From the NCBI GenBank assembly GCA_963830915.1, contig CAWHOE010000006.1, forward strand, positions 64,001-128,000: a stretch of 64,000 nucleotides of DNA, read 5' to 3'. How positions within the stretch are numbered: position 1 is the first letter of the stretch; the number at the start of each line of letters is the position of its first letter. A program made the translations under genes and the position numbers. The stretch is from a candidate division FCPU426 bacterium (GTDB taxonomy: Bacteria; Oederibacteriota; Muellerivitia; Muellerivitales; Muellerivitaceae). Of this stretch, positions 54,810 through 64,000 are shown one piece after another. Under the pieces are notes generated by a model. It saw nothing but the letters and a program-made list of their open reading frames with translations. It ran no database searches and had not been told where the DNA came from.

Positions 54810-56891
54810 CTAAAGTTTTTTCAACTCCGCCTTCGGAAAATAATGAAGCACGATCTCATCGGCGGTCTTGCCCGCCTTGGCCAATCCATAGGCTCCCACC
54901 TGGCACATCCCCACTCCGTGGCCCCAACCGCCGCCATACACGATGAACTCCTCGGGCCAGCCCTTCAGATCATATTGGGGTTCGATCCATATCAGGTTAC
55001 TCCGGATACCGCCCAGGAAACTACGGATGAGATCGCCTTTTAATTCCTTGCTTCCCCGTTCGCCTTCCACTATTAGACGATCAGCCCACCCCGCCGTGGA
55101 CCGGTGAAGGACCCTCATTCTGCGGATTTTTCCGATATTGCCGGCCTTTTTTTCGATATCCTCGGCCAGGATCAGCCTGGCCCATCGGAAATTCTGGTAT
55201 CCCCGCAACTCGAAAACCCTGCAATAGGATTCCCGGTCTTCCTTGACCCATTTCTCCATTTTGTAAGGAGAAAGGGGGAAGTCCATGTCCGTATTATAAC
55301 GCTCGTCGTAATCCTTGACCCCCACGACCGGCGCGGCGTATCCCCAGGCTTCCTGATAATCCTGGGTATGGCCCCCGCATTGGGCGGAGAAGGCCACCGG
55401 CATGACCATCGATCCATGCTTGAGGATGATCCCAGCCGTCTCATTGACCGCCTGGTTGGTGCGATCCGTCTCCGCCCTCAGGCCCCGATAGACCTCGCAA
55501 TGCACGCTGTCGCAGACATCGAAACCCTCCGCGTTATGACGGCCTAGCTTGGACAACACATAGGTCCTCGCCACGATGGCCTGGGCCTTCAAGGCCTCCG
55601 CCGGCCAGCTGGAAAGCATTTCGGAGGGGAGAACCCCCGCGGTGTAGGCCTCCAACGAGACCAGGTTGATGGCGTTGAACCCCGCCCCGGAACGGGGGCT
55701 GAACTCCAGTTCGCCCCTGTAACACCGGTCCTCTTCCTTGGCGAAAAAGTAGCCCGTATTCGAGGGAACGGCGTGGACCAACAGAGGCTTCAGGGGGTCC
55801 AGGGGCCTGACCCGGATACGCTGGTCGAAGGTCAATATCTTTTGGTTGCGCCCGTCCTTCAAGGCCCATATCTCCTTGTGTTTGGGCGAGAACTTCGCCG
55901 GGATGGAGATGACCTGATAATCCTGTCCGCCTTGAAGGATGGTCAGGGGCGTTTGGGCCGCGGTCATCACCTCCATGGCGCTGGTCCCGCGGAACAACAA
56001 ATGGGCCAGCCCGGTGAAAATACCCACTCGGATGGTGACACTGGAGGGCGCGATGGATGTCTCGGCCGGGGGGACCCACTTGGCCCATTGCCTCAGCCTT
56101 TCGTCTTTCCGCTTTTGCGCCTCTTCCGGCGCTTTTTGCGCGACTTGGCCGGCTTCTTTGCGGATGTTCGGATCATCCGGCTCGATGGCGATGGCCTGCT
56201 CGTACTTGGCCAGGGATTGGCGGTATTCCTTTTTCTGCGCCAGGAGCTTGGCGATGTAGCGGTAGGCTTTCTTGTAGCTCGCGTCCAGCTTGACCGCCTT
56301 GACATAGGAAGCCAGGGCCCGGTCCGTATCGCCCAATCGTCGTGAGACCTCTCCCAACTGCCAGAATCCCAGGGCGAAGTCGGACCGGCGGTCCGTCAGG
56401 CTGATGAAAAATTTCTGGGCATCCTTCAGGGCGTCCTGCGGGGTGGCCTGGGTGCGGACCGTCTTCCATTGGGATTGGATCAATCTTAAACGGCCCAGAC
56501 CCCAGAGAATATCCGGGTCGTCCGGATGGGCATGAAAAAGTTGGGTGAGGCTTCCCTCGGCGTCGGTGAAATTTCCCATCTGCTCCAGGGCGATTCCCAG
56601 GGACACTCTCGTTTTCCAATCGTCCTTTTTGGAAAGATAAGCCTGATAGGCCGCCACCGCTCCCGTGTAATCCCCTTCGCTCTTGCGCAGGTCCGCCAAT
56701 TCCAGCCAGAGATCGATCTCGGACGGATTCATTTCCAGTTCCTGGGTCAGAGCTTCCTGGATCTCATCGGTTTTTCCCTCAGCGAACCATTGGCCGATCT
56801 TTTCCTGGAGGGTCGTCGTTCTGCCCAGCGAAGCGGACAGAAGGATTAAAGGAATAAATAATAGATTGAGCAGTCTCTTTTTCAAACCCAT
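54810..56891 (-). CDS. TPR-containing SpoIID/LytB domain protein
   Basis: N-terminal TPRs, then YRGEL, LEAYTAGVLPSEM..SWPAEALKAQAIVARTY, CDSVHCEVYRG and GGGWGHGVGMCQVGA motifs. Confidence 0.95.
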   Translation of the reverse strand: MGLKKRLLNLLFIPLILLSASLGRTTTLQEKIGQWFAEGKTDEIQEALTQELEMNPSEIDLWLELADLRKSEGDYTGAVAAYQAYLSKKDDWKTRVSLGIALEQMGNFTDAEGSLTQLFHAHPDDPDILWGLGRLRLIQSQWKTVRTQATPQDALKDAQKFFISLTDRRSDFALGFWQLGEVSRRLGDTDRALASYVKAVKLDASYKKAYRYIAKLLAQKKEYRQSLAKYEQAIAIEPDDPNIRKEAGQVAQKAPEEAQKRKDERLRQWAKWVPPAETSIAPSSVTIRVGIFTGLAHLLFRGTSAMEVMTAAQTPLTILQGGQDYQVISIPAKFSPKHKEIWALKDGRNQKILTFDQRIRVRPLDPLKPLLVHAVPSNTGYFFAKEEDRCYRGELEFSPRSGAGFNAINLVSLEAYTAGVLPSEMLSSWPAEALKAQAIVARTYVLSKLGRHNAEGFDVCDSVHCEVYRGLRAETDRTNQAVNETAGIILKHGSMVMPVAFSAQCGGHTQDYQEAWGYAAPVVGVKDYDERYNTDMDFPLSPYKMEKWVKEDRESYCRVFELRGYQNFRWARLILAEDIEKKAGNIGKIRRMRVLHRSTAGWADRLIVEGERGSKELKGDLIRSFLGGIRSNLIWIEPQYDLKGWPEEFIVYGGGWGHGVGMCQVGAYGLAKAGKTADEIVLHYFPKAELKKL

Positions 56892-57008
56892 TGACCTTTG
56901 ATAAGGATGGCTTACCGTCGACAGATAATTTTAGGGGACTTCCCGGATGGAGGGAAAATAAAAAGCCCCCTATCGCTCGCGCGCTAGAGGGCTGGGCAGG
57001 GGTGTCGT

Positions 57009-57508
57009 TTATTTCTTGGCCAGTTCCAAGCGTTTGGGGGCCAACACCGACTCGTCCCGGGAATACCAATAACCGGTATTGTCGATGACCTCCAGATTGG
57101 GGACATACCTTTTCTTCAAGTAATCCAGCAATTTGACCAGGGTGATATGGGTCGCCGGTTCGCTGTTCTTCAAGGTCGTGCTGGTATGGACCTGATGCAG
57201 GAGTTGTCTGGGAACGGAAGGCACTCCGCGGACCGCGATGGTTTCGGTGTCTTCTCATAATAGATATGGGAGAGATAACCATCTTTATCGAAGGTCAATT
57301 GAAGGGGAGTGATGTTCTTGCTCAGGGTGATCCGAATGCCTTTCAGGTGCAAACGAACACCCGGCATCTCGCCTTCCTGGGTGAAGACGTTGTCCACCAT
57401 CTCATGGGTCCAGCCGCTGACAAAGGCGATCTCCCGGAATTCTTCCTGGATATCCCGGATGGCATCCTGGCTTTTGATCTTCCCGAAATAATGGATCGTG
57501 CTAGCCAT
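57009..57508 (-). CDS. Hypothetical protein, split by a one-base deletion at about 57254
   Basis: ORF 57170-57508 (MASTIHYFGK...) joins ORF 57009-57224 (...HITLVKLLDYLKKRY..NLEVIDNTGYW) if one base is added, giving 166 aa. Confidence 0.7.
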
Positions 57509-57539
57509 TCCCCCTCCTTCCCCAACGGATTGAACCAAC

Positions 57540-57891
57540 CTACCTGGTCACGAAAATGGGCATTTCCAATTGGCCGTTCTTGGCGACCACCGGCTCTACC
57601 TCGCCGGGTAATTCTCTAAAAACCTTTTTAAGATTCTTGCCGGCCTTGAACGAAACCTTCTTGTAGGATGGAAGGTCGATGGAAAGGTTCCTGCTCATGT
57701 CCCGGCCCTTTTTGCCTGAAACCATCTTGGTTTGCAATACTCCCAGGTCGCGGATTCTCGATCCGTTGACCTTGGACCAGCCCCTCTTCTAAGGTCGAAA
57801 CGATCTTAGAAACAATGACTTTAGCGTCTGGAAGGGCAAGTTTTGTGGCCTTCGCAACTTCGCGTACTATATCTTGTAGGACTACCTTCAT
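57540..57891 (-). CDS. HU/IHF-family DNA-binding protein, split by a one-base insertion at about 57755
   Basis: Corrected reading ...LVQGQRIEIRDLGVLQTKMVSGKKGRDMSRNLSIDLPSYKKVSFKAGKNLK matches the HU/IHF pattern. Confidence 0.85.
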
Positions 57892-57963
57892 AAGTTGATT
57901 ATATGAGCCACTTTTCAACAAAGTCAATGTTTTACAAGGATATTTAACGGATTTAACAAATAC

Positions 57964-60444
57964 TCACAGTTCAAAAGTTTTCCATTTCCCTTCTGTGAAA
58001 GTTTTATACCTGACCCCTCTTTTCGTCCCGATTTCCAACTCGATCGCTCCCTCTTGAGCCGTGGATAGGATTTCCGCTTGAGGCACCTGGGTTTTATAGA
58101 TTCCATGGTCCTCTGGATGATCCATCCAATCGCTCAAGACCACCATCTGTGGTTTGAACCCGCCAGCGCAAAGATCTTGGGCCCCGCTTTCCCTTCCATG
58201 GTGCGGAGCCAGCAGACAATCCACCTTGGGAAAGGGCCGGTGTTTTTTCAAGAGCTCCTTTACACCTTCCCGTTCCAGGTCCCCCGGCAGGAGCATGGAA
58301 AACTTCTTTTCGCCAACCGGAAAGGATAGCCAGCAGACCATGGAACGGTTGTTGTCCGGGTGGATCTTGGGATGAAAGGAACCCGCCGGATGGAGGACAA
58401 AAAGACTTAATGGTTCCCAGTCATCGGGACGATCGCCGGCTTGGAGTTGTTTCAAGGGGATTTTTTTCTCCTCGAGTAGTTCCTTGAACCTTTCATAGAT
58501 GCGGGAATCGGAAATGGCTCCCTCGCCCTCAAAAGCTTCCCGGACCGGATAAGCCGAGACCAGATTCACCAACCCGCCAACATGATCCTCATCCGGATGG
58601 CTGTTGAAGATAGCGTCCACCCGACGGATGCCCAAGTGCCGAAGGTAGGCCACCAGGATGTTGTATCGGTCCAAGCCGTGGTTCTCTTTGCCTCCATCAA
58701 AGACCAGGACCTTGCCATCCGGCGTGCGGGCAACCATCGCGTTGCCATGTCCGACTGAAAGAATGGTCACCCGCAAAGGCTGGACCCCGGCCCAGGCCTG
58801 GATCCATCCGGCGATGGACAGGACAAGGAAAAATCCCCAGGCGAATCGGCTTGTCCTTCGGCATCCCTTCATGAATCTCTCCCGGTTCAACCATCTTTCG
58901 GATGGTTTTCCCGGTTCGGGCGAGGGCCAATAGGCCCAGAAGGAAAATAGGAGCAGCGCATGGAAAGCCAACACCCAAGACTCGGGCGGGGATCCCACGA
59001 TGAAATTGGCCCCGGGCAATCCGGCCAACTTGTCGGAAAGCTGGCTGAGCAGTCTTAAGGGCACATCACAACCAGCCGCGAAAACGTCCCCCAGGAAGGG
59101 GTTCATATAGGAACCGGCGACGGCGACCAAACCCGCCGCCACGGAAAAGAGGGCCAGAGGAACGATCAACAGGTTGGCCAACAGTGAATAGGGCGAGAGC
59201 TGGTTGAAGCTGTGGATCAGCAGGCACCAGACGCTCAACTGGGCGGCCGCGGTGGTGGCCAGCAATAACGCCGCGGGTTTCCAGAGGCGTTCCAGTTTTT
59301 CCAGGAATCTCCCGGCAAGGACCATCAAACCAGCCGTAGCCAGGAAAGATATCTGGAAGGAAAGGTCTTCCAGGACGAAGGGGTCCACCATCACCAACAA
59401 AGCGGCGGTGGCCAAGAGCAGGGTCCCGCCGTGGACCTTTCTTTCGACCAGGACAGCCAAAAGCGCCAGGGCGGAAAAAAGCCCGGCCCGGCAGACCGGG
59501 GGATGGGCCCCCGTCATGAAGACGAAGAAACCAAGCCCCGCCAGGGTCAGCATGGCCGCGGCCTTGCGCGGCATTTGGACCGCTCGAAAGAAAAGAAAGA
59601 GGATGCCCGCGATGAAAGCCGTGATCATGCCGGAGACGGCCAGGATATGGACCGTACCTGTTTCCATGAAGGATTCCACCAGTTCCCCCGGCAAGGGACC
59701 CCGGACCCCCAGAAGGATGCCGTCCAGCAGGGCGTTCTGGGGGAAAGCCAGCAGGCGATAGATACTGTCCTCCACGCCCCGTTTCAATCCGTAGGACCAC
59801 CGCCGAAAGGCCCAGCCCTTGACAGGTGCCTGGTCCAGTTTCTTCCATCTACCTGGTTGAAGGTACATCACGGCGGGGATCCCTTTGGTTTTCAGGTAAT
59901 GGGCGTAATCGAATTGACCTGGATTCATGGCCCCAGGGGGAGCGAGGATCTTTCCCTCCACCTCGACGGTGTCTCCATAGGAAAGGATGGGCGTTGCCGA
60001 TTCAGGCGACAAGCGGAAGGAACATCGGACCTTAATCGGCCCATTCTCCTTAGGGTCATCCATCACGCAAACGGCGCGCACTTCCCGGACGAACGGCTGG
60101 TAAAAACCTCCCGATCTTCCGGTGGTATGACCGCCAGGGAAACGTTCGAAAAGCACTTCCGGGTCTTCCCCGATCCAAAGATGGAATTGACCTGTGACAG
60201 GCCGGTTGAAACGGGCTTTTTGTTCTTCGAAGGAATTTTGGGTCCATTGCGCCCGGAAGTAACCCAAGATCAAGGCCAAGCAAAAAAGAAGGACCGGTCG
60301 GAGAAGATAAGGGTAACTTCCCCTCATAAGGAAGGCGGCCAAGAGAACCAGGGACACTAGGAAAGATAGGAAAAGGGGCTGCGTCAAAAGCCCCCCCAGG
60401 GTCCCGGCCAGGAATCCCACACAGACCGTGATGAACATCGTCAT
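57964..60444 (-). CDS. comEC: DNA internalization competence protein ComEC/Rec2
   Basis: NPGQFDYAHYL, GTVHILAVSG, SFQISFLAT and metallo-beta-lactamase motifs SHPDEDHVGG and APHHG. Confidence 0.95.
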   Translation of the reverse strand: MTMFITVCVGFLAGTLGGLLTQPLFLSFLVSLVLLAAFLMRGSYPYLLRPVLLFCLALILGYFRAQWTQNSFEEQKARFNRPVTGQFHLWIGEDPEVLFERFPGGHTTGRSGGFYQPFVREVRAVCVMDDPKENGPIKVRCSFRLSPESATPILSYGDTVEVEGKILAPPGAMNPGQFDYAHYLKTKGIPAVMYLQPGRWKKLDQAPVKGWAFRRWSYGLKRGVEDSIYRLLAFPQNALLDGILLGVRGPLPGELVESFMETGTVHILAVSGMITAFIAGILFLFFRAVQMPRKAAAMLTLAGLGFFVFMTGAHPPVCRAGLFSALALLAVLVERKVHGGTLLLATAALLVMVDPFVLEDLSFQISFLATAGLMVLAGRFLEKLERLWKPAALLLATTAAAQLSVWCLLIHSFNQLSPYSLLANLLIVPLALFSVAAGLVAVAGSYMNPFLGDVFAAGCDVPLRLLSQLSDKLAGLPGANFIVGSPPESWVLAFHALLLFSFWAYWPSPEPGKPSERWLNRERFMKGCRRTSRFAWGFFLVLSIAGWIQAWAGVQPLRVTILSVGHGNAMVARTPDGKVLVFDGGKENHGLDRYNILVAYLRHLGIRRVDAIFNSHPDEDHVGGLVNLVSAYPVREAFEGEGAISDSRIYERFKELLEEKKIPLKQLQAGDRPDDWEPLSLFVLHPAGSFHPKIHPDNNRSMVCWLSFPVGEKKFSMLLPGDLEREGVKELLKKHRPFPKVDCLLAPHHGRESGAQDLCAGGFKPQMVVLSDWMDHPEDHGIYKTQVPQAEILSTAQEGAIELEIGTKRGVRYKTFTEGKWKTFEL

Positions 60445-60460
60445 GGGGTTCGGCCGTCCT

Positions 60461-60937
60461 TCATCTCAAAAGTTCGGGCACCTGGTTCTTGAAGGTCAGG
60501 AGTCCGAAACCCGAGACATCGAGGGATCTCATGTCCCTGGCTGGCACCACTTCCACCTTGAGATAGTAATCTCCCTTGGGGTGTTTGGCGGTGAAGGCCT
60601 GGTACCAGAAGACCCTCTTGGGCCTGACGATCTGGCCGTCGGTGCGGGTTCCTCCCTGGATGATCTTGTAATTGAATAATTGGGGCTTGCCGTATTCAGT
60701 GTAAATTTTCTGGATGACCTTCTCGACGTCAGGAGTTCCGTTCACCATCAGGCCGAAACCCGCGTCCAGCCTGACATAAAGGTCTTTCGCGTTATCCTTC
60801 AGCAGGTCCTGGGCCACCGCGTCCGCGATCTCTCTGGCCTTGTTGGGATCGATATCCACGCTTTGGGGCGGGGTCGTGTCCCAACAGGAAGATAGAAGGG
60901 CCGCCAGAATGACAGCCGCGAGGAATCGGAAGTTCAT
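60461..60937 (-). CDS. Hypothetical lipoprotein
   Basis: MNFRFLAAVILAALLSSC lipobox. AAGGAG RBS. Confidence 0.78.
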   Translation of the reverse strand: MNFRFLAAVILAALLSSCWDTTPPQSVDIDPNKAREIADAVAQDLLKDNAKDLYVRLDAGFGLMVNGTPDVEKVIQKIYTEYGKPQLFNYKIIQGGTRTDGQIVRPKRVFWYQAFTAKHPKGDYYLKVEVVPARDMRSLDVSGFGLLTFKNQVPELLR

Positions 60938-60959
60938 GGGTGTACTCCTTAACTTTCGT

Positions 60960-62300
60960 TCAATTCAAATAGGAGAGCGGAAGGGTGATCTCCTTGGCGA
61001 TCCGGTCCCTCGTCGAGTAGGTGGCCATGATCCTGAGTACCAGGTCGTAATCGGCCTTAGCGACCGTAGGGTCGGGGTCCCACTCCAGGGTTTGGGGTCC
61101 GATCTCCATGTCCTGAGCGTTCACCAGACTTTTCACCACATCGCCCTTCTTGGTCCTCACCTCGGCTGTCACGTAAGCCCGCTCGGTCAGGGAAAAGGTG
61201 ATCTTGAACCCGGCCTGGATCCTTTCGGTGTGGAGGTTCACCGCGTCCGCCCCGTTCCAAAAATACTGGACCGTGTTCTTTTCCGCCACGATGACCTGGC
61301 CGAACTGATGGTTGAAGGCGATGCCCCTGGGCTCGTTGAATTGGAAATCATCGTCCCCAAAGCTCCCGAAAGTGGCGATATACCGCAAGTCCTTGTCGAA
61401 CTTGCGCAGGCAGGATTTCAAGTTGTCCGTAACCACCACGTTCCCGTAATAATCGAAGGCGCACCCCCAGAGCTTGACCGGCTGGTCGGGCATGTCCTCG
61501 GCCCGAATGACGGAAAGGGGATCCCCCTCCAGAGTGAAAGTTTGGAGTCGAGTCCCTTGTCGGTCGATGACCGCCAGGCGGTCGGCGTATTTGCCCTGCT
61601 TGTAAAAGGTCCAGACCTCGTTGGTGTCGATGACCGCCACCGCGCTCGGGGCGGTCAACTCCGGGGTCTTCAACACGTGGCATCGTCCCTTCCCGTCCAT
61701 CACCTGGATGCGGTTATTCCCCGTGTCGGCGATGTACAAACGGTTGGACGAGTCATAGGCCACCCCCATGGGGGCGATGAATTGTCCTGGTTTGGAACCC
61801 ATTTTCCCCACCGTCTTTACCCAGGTCAGCCTCATACCGTCGTGTTTGAGCAAGGCGATCCGGTTGTTGCCCGTGTCGGCCACCGCCACTTCCCCATCGG
61901 GATTAATGGCCGCGCCGGTCGGAGCCATGAATTGTTTGGGGCCCTTGCCTGGGGACCCGAACCGGTCCAATTCCTTCAGGCCCACATTGTAGACGATCTC
62001 ACCCGCCCCCGAGTTCACACCGATGCAGGTGATGACCACGTCGTTCTGGGGCGCCTTGGGGTCGTGGTCGGTTTTCAGAAGGGCGCAGGCCACGCCTTTC
62101 GGGTCGTCGAAGGAACAGCCCGGGACCATCAGGGACAACATGGTCTGGGTCCCCCGATGGATGTTGAAGGGAAGGAATCCGTCGGTCGGATAGACATAGG
62201 TGGAAGGGACATCCTTGAGGACTTCCAAGCTCACCGCGAAAGCCAACCCGGCCAACGATAATAGGAACGCGATCAAAAAATAACGAATGTTCTTTTTCAT
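60960..62300 (-). CDS. Secreted NHL-repeat beta-propeller protein with a C-terminal Ig-like domain
   Basis: FMAPTGAA...VADTGNNRI, FIAPMGVAYD...YIADTGNNRIQ and QFNEPRGIA repeats. Confidence 0.9.
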   Translation of the reverse strand: MKKNIRYFLIAFLLSLAGLAFAVSLEVLKDVPSTYVYPTDGFLPFNIHRGTQTMLSLMVPGCSFDDPKGVACALLKTDHDPKAPQNDVVITCIGVNSGAGEIVYNVGLKELDRFGSPGKGPKQFMAPTGAAINPDGEVAVADTGNNRIALLKHDGMRLTWVKTVGKMGSKPGQFIAPMGVAYDSSNRLYIADTGNNRIQVMDGKGRCHVLKTPELTAPSAVAVIDTNEVWTFYKQGKYADRLAVIDRQGTRLQTFTLEGDPLSVIRAEDMPDQPVKLWGCAFDYYGNVVVTDNLKSCLRKFDKDLRYIATFGSFGDDDFQFNEPRGIAFNHQFGQVIVAEKNTVQYFWNGADAVNLHTERIQAGFKITFSLTERAYVTAEVRTKKGDVVKSLVNAQDMEIGPQTLEWDPDPTVAKADYDLVLRIMATYSTRDRIAKEITLPLSYLN

Positions 62301-62331
62301 TCCAACCCCCAGATTGGTAAAAACTTCAGTC

Positions 62332-64000
62332 TTATGGTTTCAGCTTTTTCTTAACGACCTGGATCTCTTGCTCGTTATGGGAAAGGAACTTCCCTTTCCT
62401 GTCCCAGATGCGGATCTGGATCTCATAGGTTCCTGGGACGGCCTTTTCCGGTATGACGAATCCCTTGATGTGGGCGAACCTTTCCTTGGTATCGAACGGC
62501 CTGGCCACGCAATCGGCCTCCACATCGCACTTCCGGACTTCCCGGAATAGGGTCTTGCCCTTCGGGTTCACCACCCTGGCCTCCACTTTCAAACCCTTGA
62601 AGCCGTGCGGAAAATCATTGACCAGGATGAGCCCTTTGAGGAACGAGTCCCCCCAATTCAGGATATCGCCCGGGTTGTATTGGGTCACATAGGTCTTCCA
62701 GAGTGGCAGCAGCGGTTGGGAAGCGGTCTGGAGGGCCTGATAACCCAGCTTGGGTTTTCGGAAATAATCCACCACACTCCAGGTGATGGAAGGCCAGCAG
62801 TCCACGAACATGAAATGGAAATAACCGTTCATGGGTTTGTACTTCCGGCCCCGGATGCTTTGGATATATTCCTTCACCAGCCAGGCCTGGTATTTCTGGC
62901 TGTTATGGGAGAACTCCCCGATGGACTTGCCCATGTCGATCTTTGCCACGTTGAAGGTCTGGTGGAATTGGAAATCCCGAAAGGCCCATTCCTTCCAATC
63001 GGGCGGCCAGAGCTGTTTGGGCGTGAACATTTTCTTGAGGGTGGAGACTTCCGGCAGGGCCTGGGCCCCGAACTCGGAATAAAAACGCGCGTCCGGCCCG
63101 ATACCGCCCGGCGCGTCCTTCAAAGCCGAGTCGTCCCAATACCAGCCCGGATAAGGGTGGTAATGGAAGTCGCTGGCCGCGTCCACGTGCCGGCTGTCGT
63201 CCTCTTCCCGGACCGCCCGTTCCAGGACCGGGTCCAGTTCCTGGCGGTTGATGGAAGGCTCATTGTGGCAGCACCAGACGAAGATGGAAGGGTGGTTGTA
63301 GAACTGCCGCACCATATCCTTGATCTGACGGCAGGCGTTGCGGGTGAAGGCGTCGGTGGACTGGTAGCTCCACTGCAGGGCGAAATCCTGCCAGACGAAA
63401 ATGCCCGCCTCATCGCAAGCCACGTAGAATTCCTCGCGGTTAACATGGGCGTGCACCCTCACCCCGTTCAGGTTGGCGTCCAGCATCAGGCGGACGTCCT
63501 TGCGGGCCATCTCCCGGCCGTATTCGGAAAGATACTGGGTGGGGATGATGTTGGTGGCCCGGGGGAAGAATTTCCGGCCGTTCAAAAGGAACTCCCATTG
63601 GGGCGTGACCTTGATCTCCCGGATGCCGAAGCGCGTCTCCCCCTTCTCCACGACCTGGCGGTTGGAGGATCGGCGGATGGTCACGAAGGCCCGGTACAGG
63701 TTCGGCTCGCCCTGGTCCCAGGTCCACCAGAGCTTGGGTTTCTCGATGGTCTGGCTGATGTGGGCCTCGGTCTGGCCCCTTTGCAAATGGATGTTCTTTT
63801 GGGTGAAGTGGCTGGAGGAAAACCCGTCGCCCTTCAGGTCTACCCGGATATCGTACTCGTCGGCCTCGGCCACGTTGAGTAATACCAGCTTGTAGTTCAC
63901 TACCGCCTGGCCGCTGGGCAAAAGCACGGAGGAGACCTGGATCCTTTTCAGGTAGATCCGGTCCACGACCACCAGCTCCACGCCGTTCCAGAGCCCGCCG
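62332..64000 (-). CDS. Glycoside hydrolase family 2 (beta-mannosidase-like), 5' end outside the window
   Basis: FGIREI, FLLNG, ANLNGVRVHAH, CDEAGIFVWQDF, NHPSIFVWCCHNE (acid/base) and SEFG (nucleophile). The frame stays open to the window edge. Confidence 0.93.
   Translation of the reverse strand, partial: GGLWNGVELVVVDRIYLKRIQVSSVLLPSGQAVVNYKLVLLNVAEADEYDIRVDLKGDGFSSSHFTQKNIHLQRGQTEAHISQTIEKPKLWWTWDQGEPNLYRAFVTIRRSSNRQVVEKGETRFGIREIKVTPQWEFLLNGRKFFPRATNIIPTQYLSEYGREMARKDVRLMLDANLNGVRVHAHVNREEFYVACDEAGIFVWQDFALQWSYQSTDAFTRNACRQIKDMVRQFYNHPSIFVWCCHNEPSINRQELDPVLERAVREEDDSRHVDAASDFHYHPYPGWYWDDSALKDAPGGIGPDARFYSEFGAQALPEVSTLKKMFTPKQLWPPDWKEWAFRDFQFHQTFNVAKIDMGKSIGEFSHNSQKYQAWLVKEYIQSIRGRKYKPMNGYFHFMFVDCWPSITWSVVDYFRKPKLGYQALQTASQPLLPLWKTYVTQYNPGDILNWGDSFLKGLILVNDFPHGFKGLKVEARVVNPKGKTLFREVRKCDVEADCVARPFDTKERFAHIKGFVIPEKAVPGTYEIQIRIWDRKGKFLSHNEQEIQVVKKKLKP

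Overview
Bacterial chromosomal window, mostly GC-rich. The left half (1-33.2 kb) is dominated by nine minus-strand genes for signal-peptide-bearing, often Cys-rich surface proteins. Seven combine a variable N-terminal head (DUF11 Ig-like domains with inserted jelly-roll domains, a GH-like barrel plus CBM-like domain, DUF3344-like domains, PQQ-like propellers), a long strictly alternating Thr-x stalk and a FlgD-Ig/T9SS-CTD-like C-terminal domain. The other two carry an uncharacterised shared helical C-terminal domain instead. Embedded in or flanking this cluster are a partial LacI-family regulator, homologous promoters with a palindromic operator, a three-gene operon ending in a GT-C-like membrane protein, and crcB/DUF190. 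The right half holds a fused MFS/spermidine synthase, a flavin reductase, a six-copy 74-bp phased tandem array, a lipoprotein serpin with a predicted P1-Asp/P1'-Cys loop, a membrane adenylate cyclase, an AT-rich two-gene insert (Mrr-like nuclease plus helical protein), class II ribonucleotide reductase with NrdR-like boxes, pgi, an MCP, a cysteine desulfurase, SpoIID-TPR, HU/IHF, ComEC, an NHL protein and a partial GH2. Six genes are broken by single-base indels, most likely sequencing errors. All calls come from motif recognition by eye; no searches were run.
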